From: Lingula anatina
Lineage: Eukaryota > Animalia > Brachiopoda
Reading direction: 5' to 3'
DNA: 64,000 bases
NCBI GenBank assembly: GCA_051362555.1
Contig: CM120649.1
Location: 8,122,001 to 8,186,000, forward strand
Shown here piece by piece: positions 12,601 to 26,661 of this stretch. Made by a program: the position numbers and the translations under genes. Each line of letters starts with the position of its first letter. Within the stretch, counting starts at the first letter, position 1. The notes under the pieces are model-generated. The model was not told where the DNA came from, ran no database searches, and saw only the letters and a list, made by a program, of their open reading frames with translations.

Positions 12601-15009
12601 AAATACCTGGTTCAATGCCATGAACATTTAAAGAAATAATACTGTTGTTGTCAACTTGATAATACTTGTAACATCAAATACCATATTTTAAATAATAGAC
12701 GATTCCTCAAACAATTTCATTTCACGTCGAGTCTTATTAGGGGATTTTAGTATGAAAATAAATTAAAAAAACACACATACATATATGTTCTCCATTTATA
12801 TTTTGTTTATATAAGTGCTCTGGTTTGATATTCTGCAAACCGTCAATTGTAAATAACTTTAACGGTGCCATTTTTGAGACACTTGATTTTCTTTTAAAAC
12901 AGACATTAAAAAACAGGTATAATTTTCTCTTTTCATAAACCAAAAAATACATAAACAATGACAAGCTATGCTGAGCTCAGAGTCACCCACTGTGCGCTTG
13001 CCTGTATTTCTTAATTTCTTCTTCTGTGCATATGAAATTTAAACGCTTCTGCCTCGATATATCGGTTTTGATATTCGCCATGAACTAAAACAGACAAATA
13101 CTGCCTAAATAAGTTACATTTGCATCTAAACAACCACTTACTCGTCGACAGCAGACGATCCGGGCAGACGATCGGTGTGCCAGCACATTTTCCCGCCTTA
13201 ATGGTGAAATTAGAACGCGATATAAATACGTTATGTTTTCATTAGCTGTGTAATAAAATAATAATGTTCACAAATTCCCTTTGATTCGTATTCATACTGG
13301 CTGTCAGAATAAGAGGAAACTGATAGCGCATTAACGCCAAGCTTTAAGATTAGGTTTAAATACTTTCTATTTTATCTTTTCCGTGTAATTTGATATTACA
13401 GAGGGACACGAATGAGCTGTGCCTTCTACAGTGACAAAGGTGAAGACAAAGAAACATCTTTGAAATTAATAAAGCTGAATAATTTAATAGAATGTTTGAT
13501 ATCTTTCAAGCCACCATTTCCCCGTTGATGAAGAAATCAAGCGGTAATGAGACCGCGTTCTTCAAATATGGAAAAACAACTCTGCTTCTGTCACCCTGCC
13601 TGCATCAATCCGTGTCTCAACAATATCATATCTAATCACACTTTATGAAAATAGAGGCGTTTGCAGAATACATTATTGATATCTCAAGTAAGCATCGAAG
13701 AAAATTCATCTCCAAGGTAACGCATCTGGTTAGTCAATCTTAAATAGCGGTGTCAATTATTACAACAACCCTCCTATTTGCTTCATTTAAAAAAATACGT
13801 AAAAAATGTTAGAAATGAATTTCAACTAATTTGTTTGACAAAACTGAAAGTGAGTTCTTCACATGCAAACTATGTATTTCTCGGTAGCGGCAACGTTCGG
13901 CATGCTACCTTCCGCCTTCGATAATTATTCAACGTTAAGTTTTCTTGATTGCTTTCTCGATTTTCATCAAATGTGTAAACATGTATCACCAATGTATTCG
14001 GTTTTGCCCACGTTGTCGTCACCGCCACACAAAGTGAAGCAAAGGTTTGATTCCCTTAATCACGTCCAATGTCGACAAGCTGTAATTAGTAAATTGCCTC
14101 CAACAAACTTTGATATTGATAATATATGCAATTACACCGTTGTGTCTATATCCAAGTAATGGGAATAGGTATAGCTGCGGGCGTGTTTGTAATTTCGCTA
14201 TTTAATAAAATAAAAACCTGTGAAATGTATATGTCAACAGAAACTTACATGGCGTCCTGCAGTTTTTGCACGAAATGCTGAAAATCTTTTCAGCATATAT
14301 GTTTTATACTGCAGGACAAGGTGAATAATTTCATCCAGCCTTAATCTAAACCCCAGAAACATGTACTTAAAATGTCCACTACAGCGGTGAGGGAAATCCT
14401 ACACTTAGATAAACCATCAAAGATCAAAGGCGGCTAGGAGAACAGCGATCATTTAATACAGTTGTATTCAGTTGAGAATGGGAAGGTAAAGAAACGCCTG
14501 GTCTTAGTAGACGAACAACTCTCTTAGAGCTTTTCTCTTAATCTTCACTTCAAATTCTTAACCGTTCCCACTCTGCTGTGCAGCTAAGCAAACAAGTCCC
14601 CTATTTCACTGCGGTCATTCCTAGCAGACGGTCACTTAATACCACTGAACTATCGAACTATTTGCTAACAGTATTTGCTCATCGCCGTGGCGTAACAGCG
14701 TTATATGAATATCACCTGGTTTAATTTCAATCAACGAACGTGATTATTAATAGGCAGAAAATAAAACACAAACGTATTTCACAGACTAGAGTGGCACACG
14801 AGGTGTTACTAGCGCCCACAATGAGATCTCGTACGAAGGTGTTGAGTGTGCTAAAAAGTGGGTGTTTCGTTTTTAACGAACACTCCCCATGGAGAGGTGA
14901 TAATCAAGCAGCGAGTGGTCACGGGCGGTGGTGTGACTGACACGCTCAGACGACGGTCTACTTTGCTCGCACGCGCTGAACCTTTGCTATTGACATTGCC
15001 GATGAGTCG

Positions 15010-15013
<4 letters not shown>

Positions 15014-15058
<45 letters not shown>
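15014..15058. repeat. (GA)n microsatellite
   Basis: Directly visible. Confidence 0.95.
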
Positions 15059-15062
<4 letters not shown>

Positions 15063-16046
15063 GGAAGGGAGGGAGAGAGGGGGGGATGCTCACAGGGTTA
15101 TTGTTTGGGACGTAGTAACCATGTTTTCGTTATTCACGCCCCGAGAGACTGTTTTGTTTTGTTTTGTTTTGTTTTGGCAACATCAGGGATGTTTTACATA
15201 AAAGACAGAAACAGAGCAGAACTTATAAAAAAAACACCCAGCATACGCCAAACAAACTGCCCCATATAATCATCATACAGTGAGAAGAAAGGGACACCTT
15301 AGGCCAGCAACTCTCCGCCCCCCCCTTCCCCCTCATCAACTGGCTTACTGTGACAGTTTCTCCGTATAAACACCACAACGCTTACGACCTAGAAGTAGGT
15401 TTGTATGGAAACATTTTACCAGGTTTTATCAAGGTTTGATCGTCACATACGTCGCTCCATATGCCGAGTACAATGATAGCAGATTGTCGAGCTGAAGGGT
15501 TGTATACTGTAGCGAGTTGGATAATGAAAATGATACCTGAATCATACTGAAATAGTTATCTGACAGAGAAAAGTTTGGGAAGAAAATATTGGCAGATTTG
15601 TCAGTTATCCAGTTATTAAAAGGTGCATTGGTTATAATCGCATGTCACTCAACGCTACGATATGAACATGAAGAGAAAACACATTAAACTTTTAATAAGA
15701 GGCTGCTCGGGAGCACGCCTCCGTTGAGCGACTCAGGAAATTAAAGAAACGAGATTTCATCTAAATTGCAGACGACGGGGGAAATATGGCGGATTCCTGA
15801 TTGGCTTGTCTTGATAGTGGTGGGGTTTGAGCCTCGTGCACGCGGTAATTTCATTTTCAGAAATCTCTTCGACAAATCGACAACACGTCACTCGTGGGAT
15901 GGAATCTACATCCTTTCTCATTAAGAAGTGGGGAGAGAAATTGAAAAAGGTATTGTCAGTAAATAAAAACCCGCTAGCCCCACTGGGACTCCAAACCCCC
16001 GAGGACCTGAGATCATAGACAAAGGGCAATGTATTCTGAAGTCATC

Positions 16047-16050
<4 letters not shown>

Positions 16051-16119
<69 letters not shown>
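16051..16119. repeat. (GA)n microsatellite plus poly-G
   Basis: Directly visible. Confidence 0.95.
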
Positions 16120-16187
16120 AAGAAGAAGAAAGAAGATGAAGAAAACATATATTCTGAAATGTCACAAAACGTCAATGCTTCTATGAT

Positions 16188-16258
16188 AGCTACATATGTA
16201 ATTGGAATTAAAATGCTGAAACGCCTTGTCTTTTTTATTGAAACAATGTTACTCGTGT
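16188..16258 (+). repeat. 71-bp exact dispersed duplication, copy 1
   Basis: Identical to 21148-21218 (AGCTACATATGTAATTGG...AACAATGTTACTCGTGT). Confidence 0.95.
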
Positions 16259-18115
16259 GACATTAGTTTTTATAACACCAAGCAAACTACTCTAGTCCTC
16301 ATTTCTCTCACTCTCCCTTCACTCCGCAGACTTCCTACCATACCAAAATTTCTTTCAGAAAAACGCCGCCTGTGATTCACATTTTCTTATAAATTATATC
16401 CTTCCCCTTAAAGTCATACTATATTTTCAAGATTTTTAATCAACCCGACTCATTTCTTGGATTGTTACATGAACAACCCTTGTGCAAAGTCTTTTCAAGA
16501 TTTTCTTCAGCTGGCTTTTCTCAGGCAATGAAGGCTTGATCTTAGCGGAATATTCACTAAAGGTAAACAGCCATATTAAACTGAGAGTGGAGAAAGAAAA
16601 AAAATCAATTAATTTAAAATACACGAAAGGTGTTACCGTCACGACAAAGTAAAGACGCCGTCTCTCATCTTCGATCTGTGCAATTATACTCCGCGTTTGC
16701 ATGTAAAGGACGATGTTGATTAAAAAAAACGAAGAAAAGCACGCATCTCAACCTCACCCGCACTGAATATAAGATGGAATTTGATACGTCATAAATGTAG
16801 AAGTGTCATCTAGAACGCTCTTAGTGCAGGTGCAAGTTTTTTTAGTGCTCACACCTACAGTCGGTAGGAGATTCTCAAGGATTTGTAAACAGTCCGTTTA
16901 CCGATATAATATAACACCGTCTTGCTTGCTTGCTCGATTCTCCATTGAAATTGTAGCTAAACGTGAAATGAATGACACAAGGATTTCTTTTGTGTTTTGT
17001 GAATTACGTCTGGTTTGCCTATCGTCTGCCCCAGACTGCTTGGCGCGCAGTAGACGATCTTGTAAATAGTCCCACTAGTAAATAATCCGTAGACTTTATG
17101 AATAGAAAAACTCCTTGTGCCTGCCTTAGTACAGTTTATAATAAATCGATGAAGATATTAAAATAGGGACAAGGAAATTCTGAACTATAATGAGAGTGAG
17201 CTTGATTATTTAAGTCTGTGTTTATGCTTTTTATTAAGTTATATTATCGTTCCAAGTAATTTCAGTTCAAAATGTTTATCAAATTCCAATACTCAATTTA
17301 GTGACTCCCAGATCAAATCATTCTAAGTCTGAAGAATATATAGATTTAATTATCGTGCACATGGTCTTTATTTTATGCATGGTATTTCGTTTCTGCGCAT
17401 AATTCAACTGAATAAATCTGATATTGAGTAGAATGAATAAAATGAGAAATATGCGCATTAGCATAAAGTCGGTTTTAAATCTTGTCACAAAACATACAGC
17501 TTATAACGTTTGATTTTTTTCTCTGCTAACCTTACAATAGATTATTAGAATCCTTGAAGTATTTTCAATCTACATTCCTTCACCTAAATGAAGCTTAAAT
17601 ATTAATAATAATTTAAAAAAAACAAAAGTAAGAAATGCATTATTATAAAAATTTTACATAGAATCCATTTCAGTTTTTGGCACATCCACACTAACAGTGC
17701 AATATACTGTATATGTATAACGTTTAGTGCCGCACATTTATAGAATCCACGAGACTCCCATTTAAAAAAAAAAAAAAGAGAGAAAACCCTCACATTTACA
17801 GAAAAACCAACCATGCTTTTGTGGCCTTTTGAAGCCAGGAAATCAGATACAGGGGGATATAGACAGAATGCAATGCCAGTTCCATCTAAAAGACCCAATC
17901 AACATTTCCAAGTATAATCAGTAATTTGAAAATATCCCCCTTCTTGGACCGACCCTAAAGGGGTTACGCGGCACACAGAGTCGGGTATTGCGTATATGGA
18001 ATAACAAACGGCGTTTGAATAGGTCTTCCCCGCGCAGTCACTCCCGTCCCTGGGCCCCGTGTATTCAAAAGGGACCAGGCATACAATAACACCACACCGA
18101 GCACCTTTATTAGCC

Positions 18116-18129
18116 GTTGCCATGGCGAC
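18116..18129. promoter_or_regulatory. RFX X-box within a GC-rich island
   Basis: GTTGCCATGGCGAC, one base from the ideal GTTGCCATGGCAAC. Confidence 0.55.
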
Positions 18130-20116
18130 GCAAATCAGGCGTTCACACTCCGGTAAAATAAACAGAGAAGAGACGAGGGCCCCTCTAAATTTAGGAGGTT
18201 ATGAAAATAAGATATATTGGGGCGTATTTTTATTGTGTGGGTCACGGTTTCTTCTAACTTGATTTATTCTGTATTTGTTTTGTATTTGTTTACATTTTTG
18301 CCGGATATTGTTTGCTCAGGATAGAAATTAGGTGAGAGGGTCGGATGTTTTTTTCACACCTGTTCGTTACCTGAGGAAAGCGAGTGTTGACTTTAAGCTC
18401 TCAAAAGATCATTTTTAGATTGGTAGATAAAATAGACTAAATTAAAAATAATAAATAGAAGAATTTGAAACATAATACGAGAGTATCGAATAGTTAATAA
18501 CCATGATCGAGAAAGATGATTTGCAGAGCCACAAGTGGCTAAATAATACGAAATAAACAACAGGATTATATTTGCCAATAAATCGAATTAATTACTATTT
18601 TATCGTCATTGAATTTAAAAACAATACGTATCAATCATTATGAACAACATATAGGAATGCCATCCACCTTTTGGATTGACTGAGCATTATTTATTCATTT
18701 TCGTGCATATTTTAGAAATGTAAAGGGTCAGAATGAGAGGTGATTAAACTGTGCTAAGTGATGTTGGATAACAAAGATCTATTTCACTCTGTTTAACATC
18801 TAATCGGGTGCCATATACATGACAAATACCTGACAGTGCAGTAAACTCGTGACAAATGAACGCTTATATTAAACACAAATTTAAAAAATTTACAACCTTG
18901 GATGAAAAGTACCTGTACCTGCACAATGCAATTATTTCACTAAATACCATAAAAAGTACGGAGCCGTATAATTATGTATTGAGCGATATTTTAGTCAGGT
19001 CAATTACACGTGTACAGTGTACCTGTTACTACATGTACAACAATCTTCCATGTGTTTTTTTTTTATTATTTGTTTTCTTCTTTAGAAATATATAAGTGAA
19101 TCAAAACCATTGTTGAAGAAGACTGTGGACTTACAGCTGTCTCGAACTAGCGGAATATATTGCTTACCTGGCAACCGTATAAGAAAGGTAGAAGAGAGAA
19201 TGTTTATGAATCGGCCAGTAAAATACCTGACAATGTGTAGAATGATGAAATTCATGATATCCATGAAAATTGTAAAATTAAAACGCGCTTGTTTTATGGC
19301 CTGTGCCAAAAGGATAGGGACATTCGCTTGGGTGACATGACTGAAAACAGGTGCACTTTGCCCATTTATATAATTTTATACTGATTTATACACCTTATAT
19401 ATAGACGGAAGTTGTAAACTAATACTCAGTTGTTGTAAAAAGTGGTGTGAGTCACTTGTTAAGTCAAGAATAAATAATAAGGAATCTCCGTCTATTTGTA
19501 TAGACTCTCGGTCAGCCAAACATATTACTGCTTAGACAGAATAAATAAAATAAGATGCGACCGTAGTACGTTGAAGGACGAGTAAAATCAATGTCAAAGA
19601 GAAATGAGCGAAATGGGGCGTAGTACGCATGACCAAAATAAATAAATATGACAACATTTTTCTGCATGTAAAAACAGAATTCTAGTAAAATAATTGGCGC
19701 GAAAGAAAGAAAACCCGAGTGAAACCCAGAGCTATATCTTTCGGAGTCATTAAAGCTGACCCTGTTGTTAGGAGTACAGCTAAGGTGAAGGGGAGGGAGT
19801 GTTCCACCTCAAGGCGGAATAACCGTCTTTTCCACGTTATCGCGATTATAATAATTATGTGACATTTTCGAAGAAAGGCTTCCATATTTCATAAATCTGT
19901 CCGCTCCGGGACATAGTGTGAATGTATGTAGAGCAAACCGCTTGGTGGAGGTGAATAACGTGGCCAAAGAATTTCCCTCAAATATAACCCAACGTGCTCT
20001 TTTTACATTATTTTATAACAATAATGAAATTAAGCATCTAAAGTGAAAGGAACTACGGCCCTGAAGACTAGCTAGCACCAGTAGCGCTTTCAAAACAGTA
20101 TATAAACCCAAAACCA

Positions 20117-20255
20117 TACCCTCTACCAGGCCAACAGATTGATTTTTTACTTGATATTCACATATATGTCTCTGGTTAAATTTAGGGTTATTCTCTGTAC
20201 TGCGCCTCAGCCAAAAATGTCCACATAATAATAACTGAGGCCCTGGTACAGGGTA
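20117..20255. mobile_element. MITE, family A, second copy
   Basis: TA-CCCTCTACCAGGCC...GGCCCTGGTACAGGG-TA. Shares internal blocks ACAGATTGATTTTTT, ATATGTCTCTGGTTAAAT, TCTCTGTACT and CAAAAATGTCCACATA with the 58.3 kb copy. Confidence 0.85.
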
Positions 20256-21147
20256 CCATAACCATGCATACAACAAGAACTGTCCACTTCCACGGACCCT
20301 TTGACCACTGGCCAGCCTTGGCCACACGAGTACTGACCAGTCAACACAACTATTTCCCTCTGTCAGCATCCCCGGTCCTCCTAGAAGATTAATCCCTCTT
20401 TGCTCATTACTGGACTATCATCTCCCCCCTTTGTTTTTGTATGGATACGCTAGGACAGTGTTTACAGTCTTGGGCAGTGATAAATCCGGCGATAAATCCG
20501 TCCTAATCCGGCCAAATCCCATTGACCGTAGGGATGTGATAGGCGGTTGAAGTGGTCATCAGCGGCCTGAAATAAAGGGAGATATCTACCGACAAAAGCC
20601 TGGGAGCTGGGGATCATTAATATCATATCGTATCTATACAGATTACGGTTTCATCTTTAAGAACTCCTGGTATCCGCTGCCGCCTATCTGCATACCTTGT
20701 CCAGAGATTGTATAGGAAAAAGCGAGAAGGGGGAAGGGGGAATCAATTTTGTTTTTGTTCCCAACCTCACCCTTCTTCCTCTATTATTAATAAAATTAAT
20801 AAAACAGAGTAATTTGTGATATTCTTGAAATGTTGAGGCCGAGAAAAACGTGTAGAAAAAGAGCATGCAAGGCCTCAGTGTACCTTACTCCTCTTAAACC
20901 TGGCTCGTTTCCTGCTGTATTTTGCCCCCCCCCCCCTTTCACATTTCACCCCCCCCCCCCCCCTTTTCATTGCAGACCTCGACTGTGGTCTATTAAATTT
21001 CACTGTGACGTCAAATCTTCTCAGTCACGAGTATTCTACTCATTTCTGTTTGACATTCGATTCCATCCCTGTCATTCTATTGTTCAAAACACGATTAACA
21101 AATATCTGCACTCGTAGAAAGTATCATATTTGTCGTCCTTAACATAA

Positions 21148-21218
21148 AGCTACATATGTAATTGGAATTAAAATGCTGAAACGCCTTGTCTTTTTTATTG
21201 AAACAATGTTACTCGTGT
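21148..21218 (+). repeat. 71-bp exact dispersed duplication, copy 2
   Basis: Identical to 16188-16258, same orientation, 4960 bp apart. Confidence 0.95.
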
Positions 21219-21752
21219 TTAATCCATAACCAATCCCAAGATGACACTTAAAGTGAAACAACATGCTGAAATCCCTCGGCGTCTGGACACGTTAATTGAT
21301 AGGATTTCATTAAGGAAACATATCTGCGTCCCAACTTAAATGACATTATATCAAGTGTCGTTTACAATTCGCCAATATTAAGTGACATTTCAATGACACA
21401 CAGAATATAAACCCGACAAAATTTGGACATTTTAATTGTTATAGGCTATGTAACGTGGCTGCGTTTATAGTTTTATTTCTAGCCCTAGGCTCATAGACAG
21501 GGCGCTATATGCGGTCATACAAACATTACATCTTATGCATTTGATGACGAGACGTGTCATTCCGTTTAAAACTCAGTAAAAGTGTTCATTTTGGTGTTTT
21601 ATATTATTGGTAAAGGCAAGAGGCACGCGGTTACCCCCCCCCCCCATCCCCTCTTTTTAGCTTCCACAGAATTTTCTTCTGAAGCACAAGTCCCTTCAAG
21701 CAATTCGAGAAGAAAATTGTCCAGCAAATATGTTTCTACTGTGCCTCCCAAA

Positions 21753-21755
21753 AAA

Positions 21756-21790
<35 letters not shown>

Positions 21791-21791
21791 A
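21753..21791. repeat. (AAAT)n microsatellite
   Basis: Directly visible; a similar tract lies at about 47247-47280. Confidence 0.92.
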
Positions 21792-22510
21792 GATGTCACT
21801 ACAACTACTTTCACATGGCGAGATGCTGCAATGAAAGGCAACTATATGCAGCTTAGTCTGTCGTTAATTATTCCCGACTTGAATTGTCTCCATTGAATAA
21901 AAATAAATAACAAACAGGAATTTATTCGATAACTTAAAAACATTTAATTTAGATACATTTTTGCCGACACGACTATAAAGATAGAAGCGAAAAATATCCA
22001 GACGTATTTGACCCTTAAGGACACCATTTTATTCGATTTGAAATCAATCGTCTTTGAGGTTAAATTCTGCTCATTGAATAAAATATTTCGCTGATCTAAA
22101 TGCTAAATTTAAATACATATCTAAGACTTCAGCAGTCCTGACATATGGAATCGATCCAACATGTAACAACATTTTAAAATGTGAATCGTATTGTAAAGCA
22201 CGCACCTTTTTGACAATTGCCAGGAAACATAAGGTAATATTTGCTCCTCTAACACGGCGGCATTTTATAACGAGAAATGACATTTTCACATCTGGGGAAT
22301 CGTGCTCAGTTGAAGATATTCGGATGTCAAAGAGTGAGTGTATGAGCATATTTCTACTGAAATAGACCTGCCATAGCCATGTCAATAAGCATATTCATGT
22401 TACAATAGGAAGTTGGCATATAAAAAGTACATGATGTTCACAGGAGGGTCAAAGCTTTTGTTCGAGATTGTGTGCAGATGGAGAGAGAGATGGAAAGTGG
22501 GGGAGAATTA

Positions 22511-22572
<62 letters not shown>
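22511..22572. repeat. Compound (TG)n(AG)n microsatellite
   Basis: Directly visible. Confidence 0.95.
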
Positions 22573-22576
<4 letters not shown>

Positions 22577-24197
22577 AAAAATATAGCAGGTAAAATTCCA
22601 TTTAACAAAACGTACATTACATCTGTACCGTTATCCTAAGTGAAAATGAACCACGCACCCGTGATGTTAATACAAGGTTCTCCTAACAGTTCATCATGTA
22701 ATATCAACCTTGCCTCTCATACTGAACGAGAACACTCTACCTACTTTGACTTCTAGAACAAAGCAGGGCAAACGCCGTGTTATTTTGATAATAAAACAAT
22801 ACATCCCCGACTTTAATGGGAGAATAATCGCCTCAGTACTTAAACCCTTAATTTTATCAATTCTCGAACGCCTTCAAGACAATTAGCCCTTTTCAGGATA
22901 GCTGGGTAAGCGTGTAGACTTTAATTGTCAAATCAACCCCAAATGGATTGATAATTGTTTTTTCAGACCATATAGTAATTAATCGGTAATTGTACATCAT
23001 GTAATTAAGTCGTTAGATGGCTATAAGATAAGTGGTGAAATAAAGGGATTCTTCTTTGGAAGAAATTGTATCCGGTGTTTTCTGAATACGCGCATAATTG
23101 TAATGTATCACTTAAATCATTCATTAACTAAAACGTGTGCTTTTTTATATAAGCTTTAAAAATATCTTAGTTAATCAAAGATATAGAGAATCTGCAATGT
23201 GACTATTGAAGATTCATCATAATCACCGTGTTGATTTTTCTTCATAAATTTATAAATTAAGCTAAAAATGCGTCTATGAAGTTCAATTAAAACTTTGTAA
23301 GGGCGTTTAACTATAATGTGATATGTGATAATCTTATTACGGATTTTATGGATTTTATGGATTTCTTATTGCTATAAAATATCTTGAGTATATATTTAGG
23401 ATATGCTAACGATTACCCTGCTTTTTCGCTCAAGAAAATAACATTTCAATTTAAAGGTCTTTGTCGAATAATTTTGACAAAGGCCAATAACATCCATTCT
23501 ATCGAAAAGGTCATTGATAAGCACATTCGTGAAAAATTAATAATTTGACATATATTTGCAAATTATAACACTCAGGGATTTTCAACTTTCCATTGAAATT
23601 TAATTTCCATCTCTAAAAGACAGACAGAATCAGCGGGGATTCCTGTGAATGGCGTATTGCAATCAAGTCACCCTAACGCACTTTTTCACACAGTGAGAAT
23701 AGTTGTGAATGAAGAAGAGTTAGTGTGAAAGTCTGACTCTTTCAAGACTTATATGAAGATAACAAACTAGCAGCGTCCACACACCAATAAACGCACCACC
23801 ACGACATATTATTTCGTAGTAACAAGTACGGACGTTCATGATCTCACTTGTTACACGGAATATATCTTGCGATATGTACATCCATGCATCGATAACGTGG
23901 GCGTGCCTGGGCGGAAATATATTGGTTTAGGTAAAACGAAAAATCCCTATAAAACATAAGAAGTGTGGAAACAGACGTGTAAAATAATCAGTAATGTTAC
24001 ATTGGTTTTAAGTACAGTAGCGAACATGTTAGATGCTTCTGCCTTCCCCCCGTTTCAAAACCTATTGGTATAATTACTCACACTGTTGCATTGCACATTT
24101 ATGCAAAGATTAACAGTTTCGTTACAGAGCCTGGGAGATTGTAATTGCTGCTTAGATAATGTGGCTTTGTGGAAACAAGTTAATGATTTATTGCATC

Positions 24198-24208
24198 CGC
24201 GCGCGCGC

Positions 24209-24259
<51 letters not shown>
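24198..24259. repeat. Compound (CG)n(TG)n(AG)n microsatellite
   Basis: Directly visible. Confidence 0.95.
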
Positions 24260-24262
<3 letters not shown>

Positions 24263-25844
24263 ATGAATGTCATATTTATATTAACATACATTTAATACTT
24301 TTCGTTCAAAACTTATTTCAGCACATCTGTATCAATATTAAACGAGCTTAAAACACAAGTGCAATTTTTAACTACTTGCAAGAGAAAGGTTCATCCCATA
24401 TATTATCTACTAAAAGAAGTATGGACAGAGAAAAAAGAAGCTTGGACAATAGCAACCTATGTAATATTCGAACGCCTTCGCGTGCAATATCACTCACAAA
24501 AATGACAATATTGTTTTGCGTGTTGTACCTGCATTGTAACATAATTCGTTGATGCCGACTTCTCACACACAGGCCAGAGGAAACGCTGGTAGCAAAATGA
24601 CGCTAGCAGTTCGTCATTAATAATTCAAATGACAAACCATGGGGGCAGGACGAGGCTGTCCATGGGATTTCTTTAAAAAAATTAAATAAAAAAATTAATA
24701 CATTTTGAGCCATTTTTCTGCTGCCATCAACACCATATTCCCTGGCTCCAACAATCGTCTATACAGTCCCATAATATAGAATTATCCAGTGAATATGCCA
24801 TTTCAGACCTATTTTCCCTTCACTTAGGTAAAACCAAGTGAATGCATGAACTTCTGGTATTTTCACTTCGTATTGAAATTCAACAGGGGTATTTACTTCA
24901 TCTGTCTAAACGTCCATATCATGTCTTTGGAAAAGAAATGTTGGCTATCTATAACTGCAGATATAAAACAAAAAAAAAAAACATGCTTGTTCTCTTAGAT
25001 ATCCACAAAAAAGCATGCGTGTTTTCTTAAATATCTTTAGTTTCCACGCTGCGACATTGAAAGAAGACTCCACCACTACGCCCCTATACCTTAGACATGG
25101 GAATATCATGTTTAACGCGTTTATCATGGTTTCACAGCCCACTAAATACTTAAAACATTTTATTCTTTTTACAAAAATAAAAACAAAAATAAATAAAGAT
25201 CGAAATGATCCGAATATTTAACTCGATTTCTCAAATTAAGATACAAGTACATCAGAATCTTAATTTTACAGCACTCCTGATAATAAAGCAATTCCTAAAT
25301 TATATCAAACAACAAACCAAATCATTAATTACCTCTATCCATGTATTTTATTACAAAAGCTGTGTACTTGATAATTATTTTTTGACGCTCTGCGGGTTTG
25401 TGCTTTTTTCTTTTTTAATGACATGTCAGAGAATTCACGGGTTTGGAATTAAATCTAGTCACCAAGTCTGCAATATGTTGTTCGGACACGATGAAGATGA
25501 AATCAAAAGATAGCGTTCAACCAAATAGCTGCCTTGTCTTTAATTCCAAACTTCTGACGTTTTCCCTGCTTTACGAAGTCGTCTGCACACTGGGGCAGAT
25601 AGGGTTAGATTACAGTCGGAGGAAATTATGTTTGCGGTCGCAGATGATTTAACATGCGGCATTCTCTGCGGCATAAACTTGTCTTCGATTTACATATGCA
25701 CTGAATATATTAGGAAGAATAAAGTCTATTTTCAGAGGGAGGGAATTCAAAATTAGGATGGGAGGGAATATTGCAGTAATGAGATTATTCTAGACATTCA
25801 TTAATTTTTTTAATTTAAAGTATAACAAGAATTTTCTGATATTT

Positions 25845-25845
25845 C

Positions 25846-25885
<40 letters not shown>
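25845..25885. repeat. (GA)n microsatellite
   Basis: Directly visible. Confidence 0.92.
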
Positions 25886-25891
<6 letters not shown>

Positions 25892-26661
25892 GGGAAGAGA
25901 GCGACCCAGAGCCCCACAATCCTATAGATCACGAAAGGTGACTTCAATTTGACACTCCATAAATTTTCAACCTGGTAAACTCTCACTGCACCAGCTCTGT
26001 CTCGGCCCTAACTACTCCAACACTGACTGATAGAAATATTTGCGGATTTGTCCAATTTTTAATTCTGCTATCTTAACAACGGGTCCTTGGCCGCCTCCCG
26101 GTAGATAAGTATACGTCTCCTCGCTACCAAAACATTGTCAGGGCTGCAACATTGAGCACGGGAGATAAATGCCGATATAAACGTTTTGCCGGTTCCCCCA
26201 ACCGACGGCGACGTATAATTTACAACGTTCAACCTCTATTACTGAAGTGCCCCAGCTAAACCTGGGGTGTCGTTTAATTAGGGGAAAACGCAATTAATCA
26301 CGGGTACAAGATCAGGTGCGCTTGGGGCGACAAGCACCTGGACATTTGGTGACTCTGAGGCCCAGAGGGGTGACACTTGACAGTTGACACAAATGAAAAC
26401 CGCGCATCTATGTAGCCCCTTGCGTGTGCCCCTTAAAGGTGCACACGAGGGTCGCTACTTTACAGGTGACGACATCGATGCCAAGCAGTCGACGAACACC
26501 TCGACAAAGTCATGGTGACACTAAAAGAGGAAGAAAAATGCGACAGCTGACTCATCACAAAAATAGTGAAACAGAATCCAAAAAAGAAAATAGCTGTCTA
26601 ACCCCCTCTCTGTACCTTTAAGACTCCCTGGGCGTCAAGTGTGGTTTAAGGAAATTGTTAC

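Noticed and set aside
14254-14317. 64-nt hairpin (GTCCTGCAGT...ACTGCAGGAC with an inner ATGCTGAAAA stem) as a pre-miRNA
   Set aside because: Large internal mismatch region, tiny loop and no match to a miRNA family I recognise.
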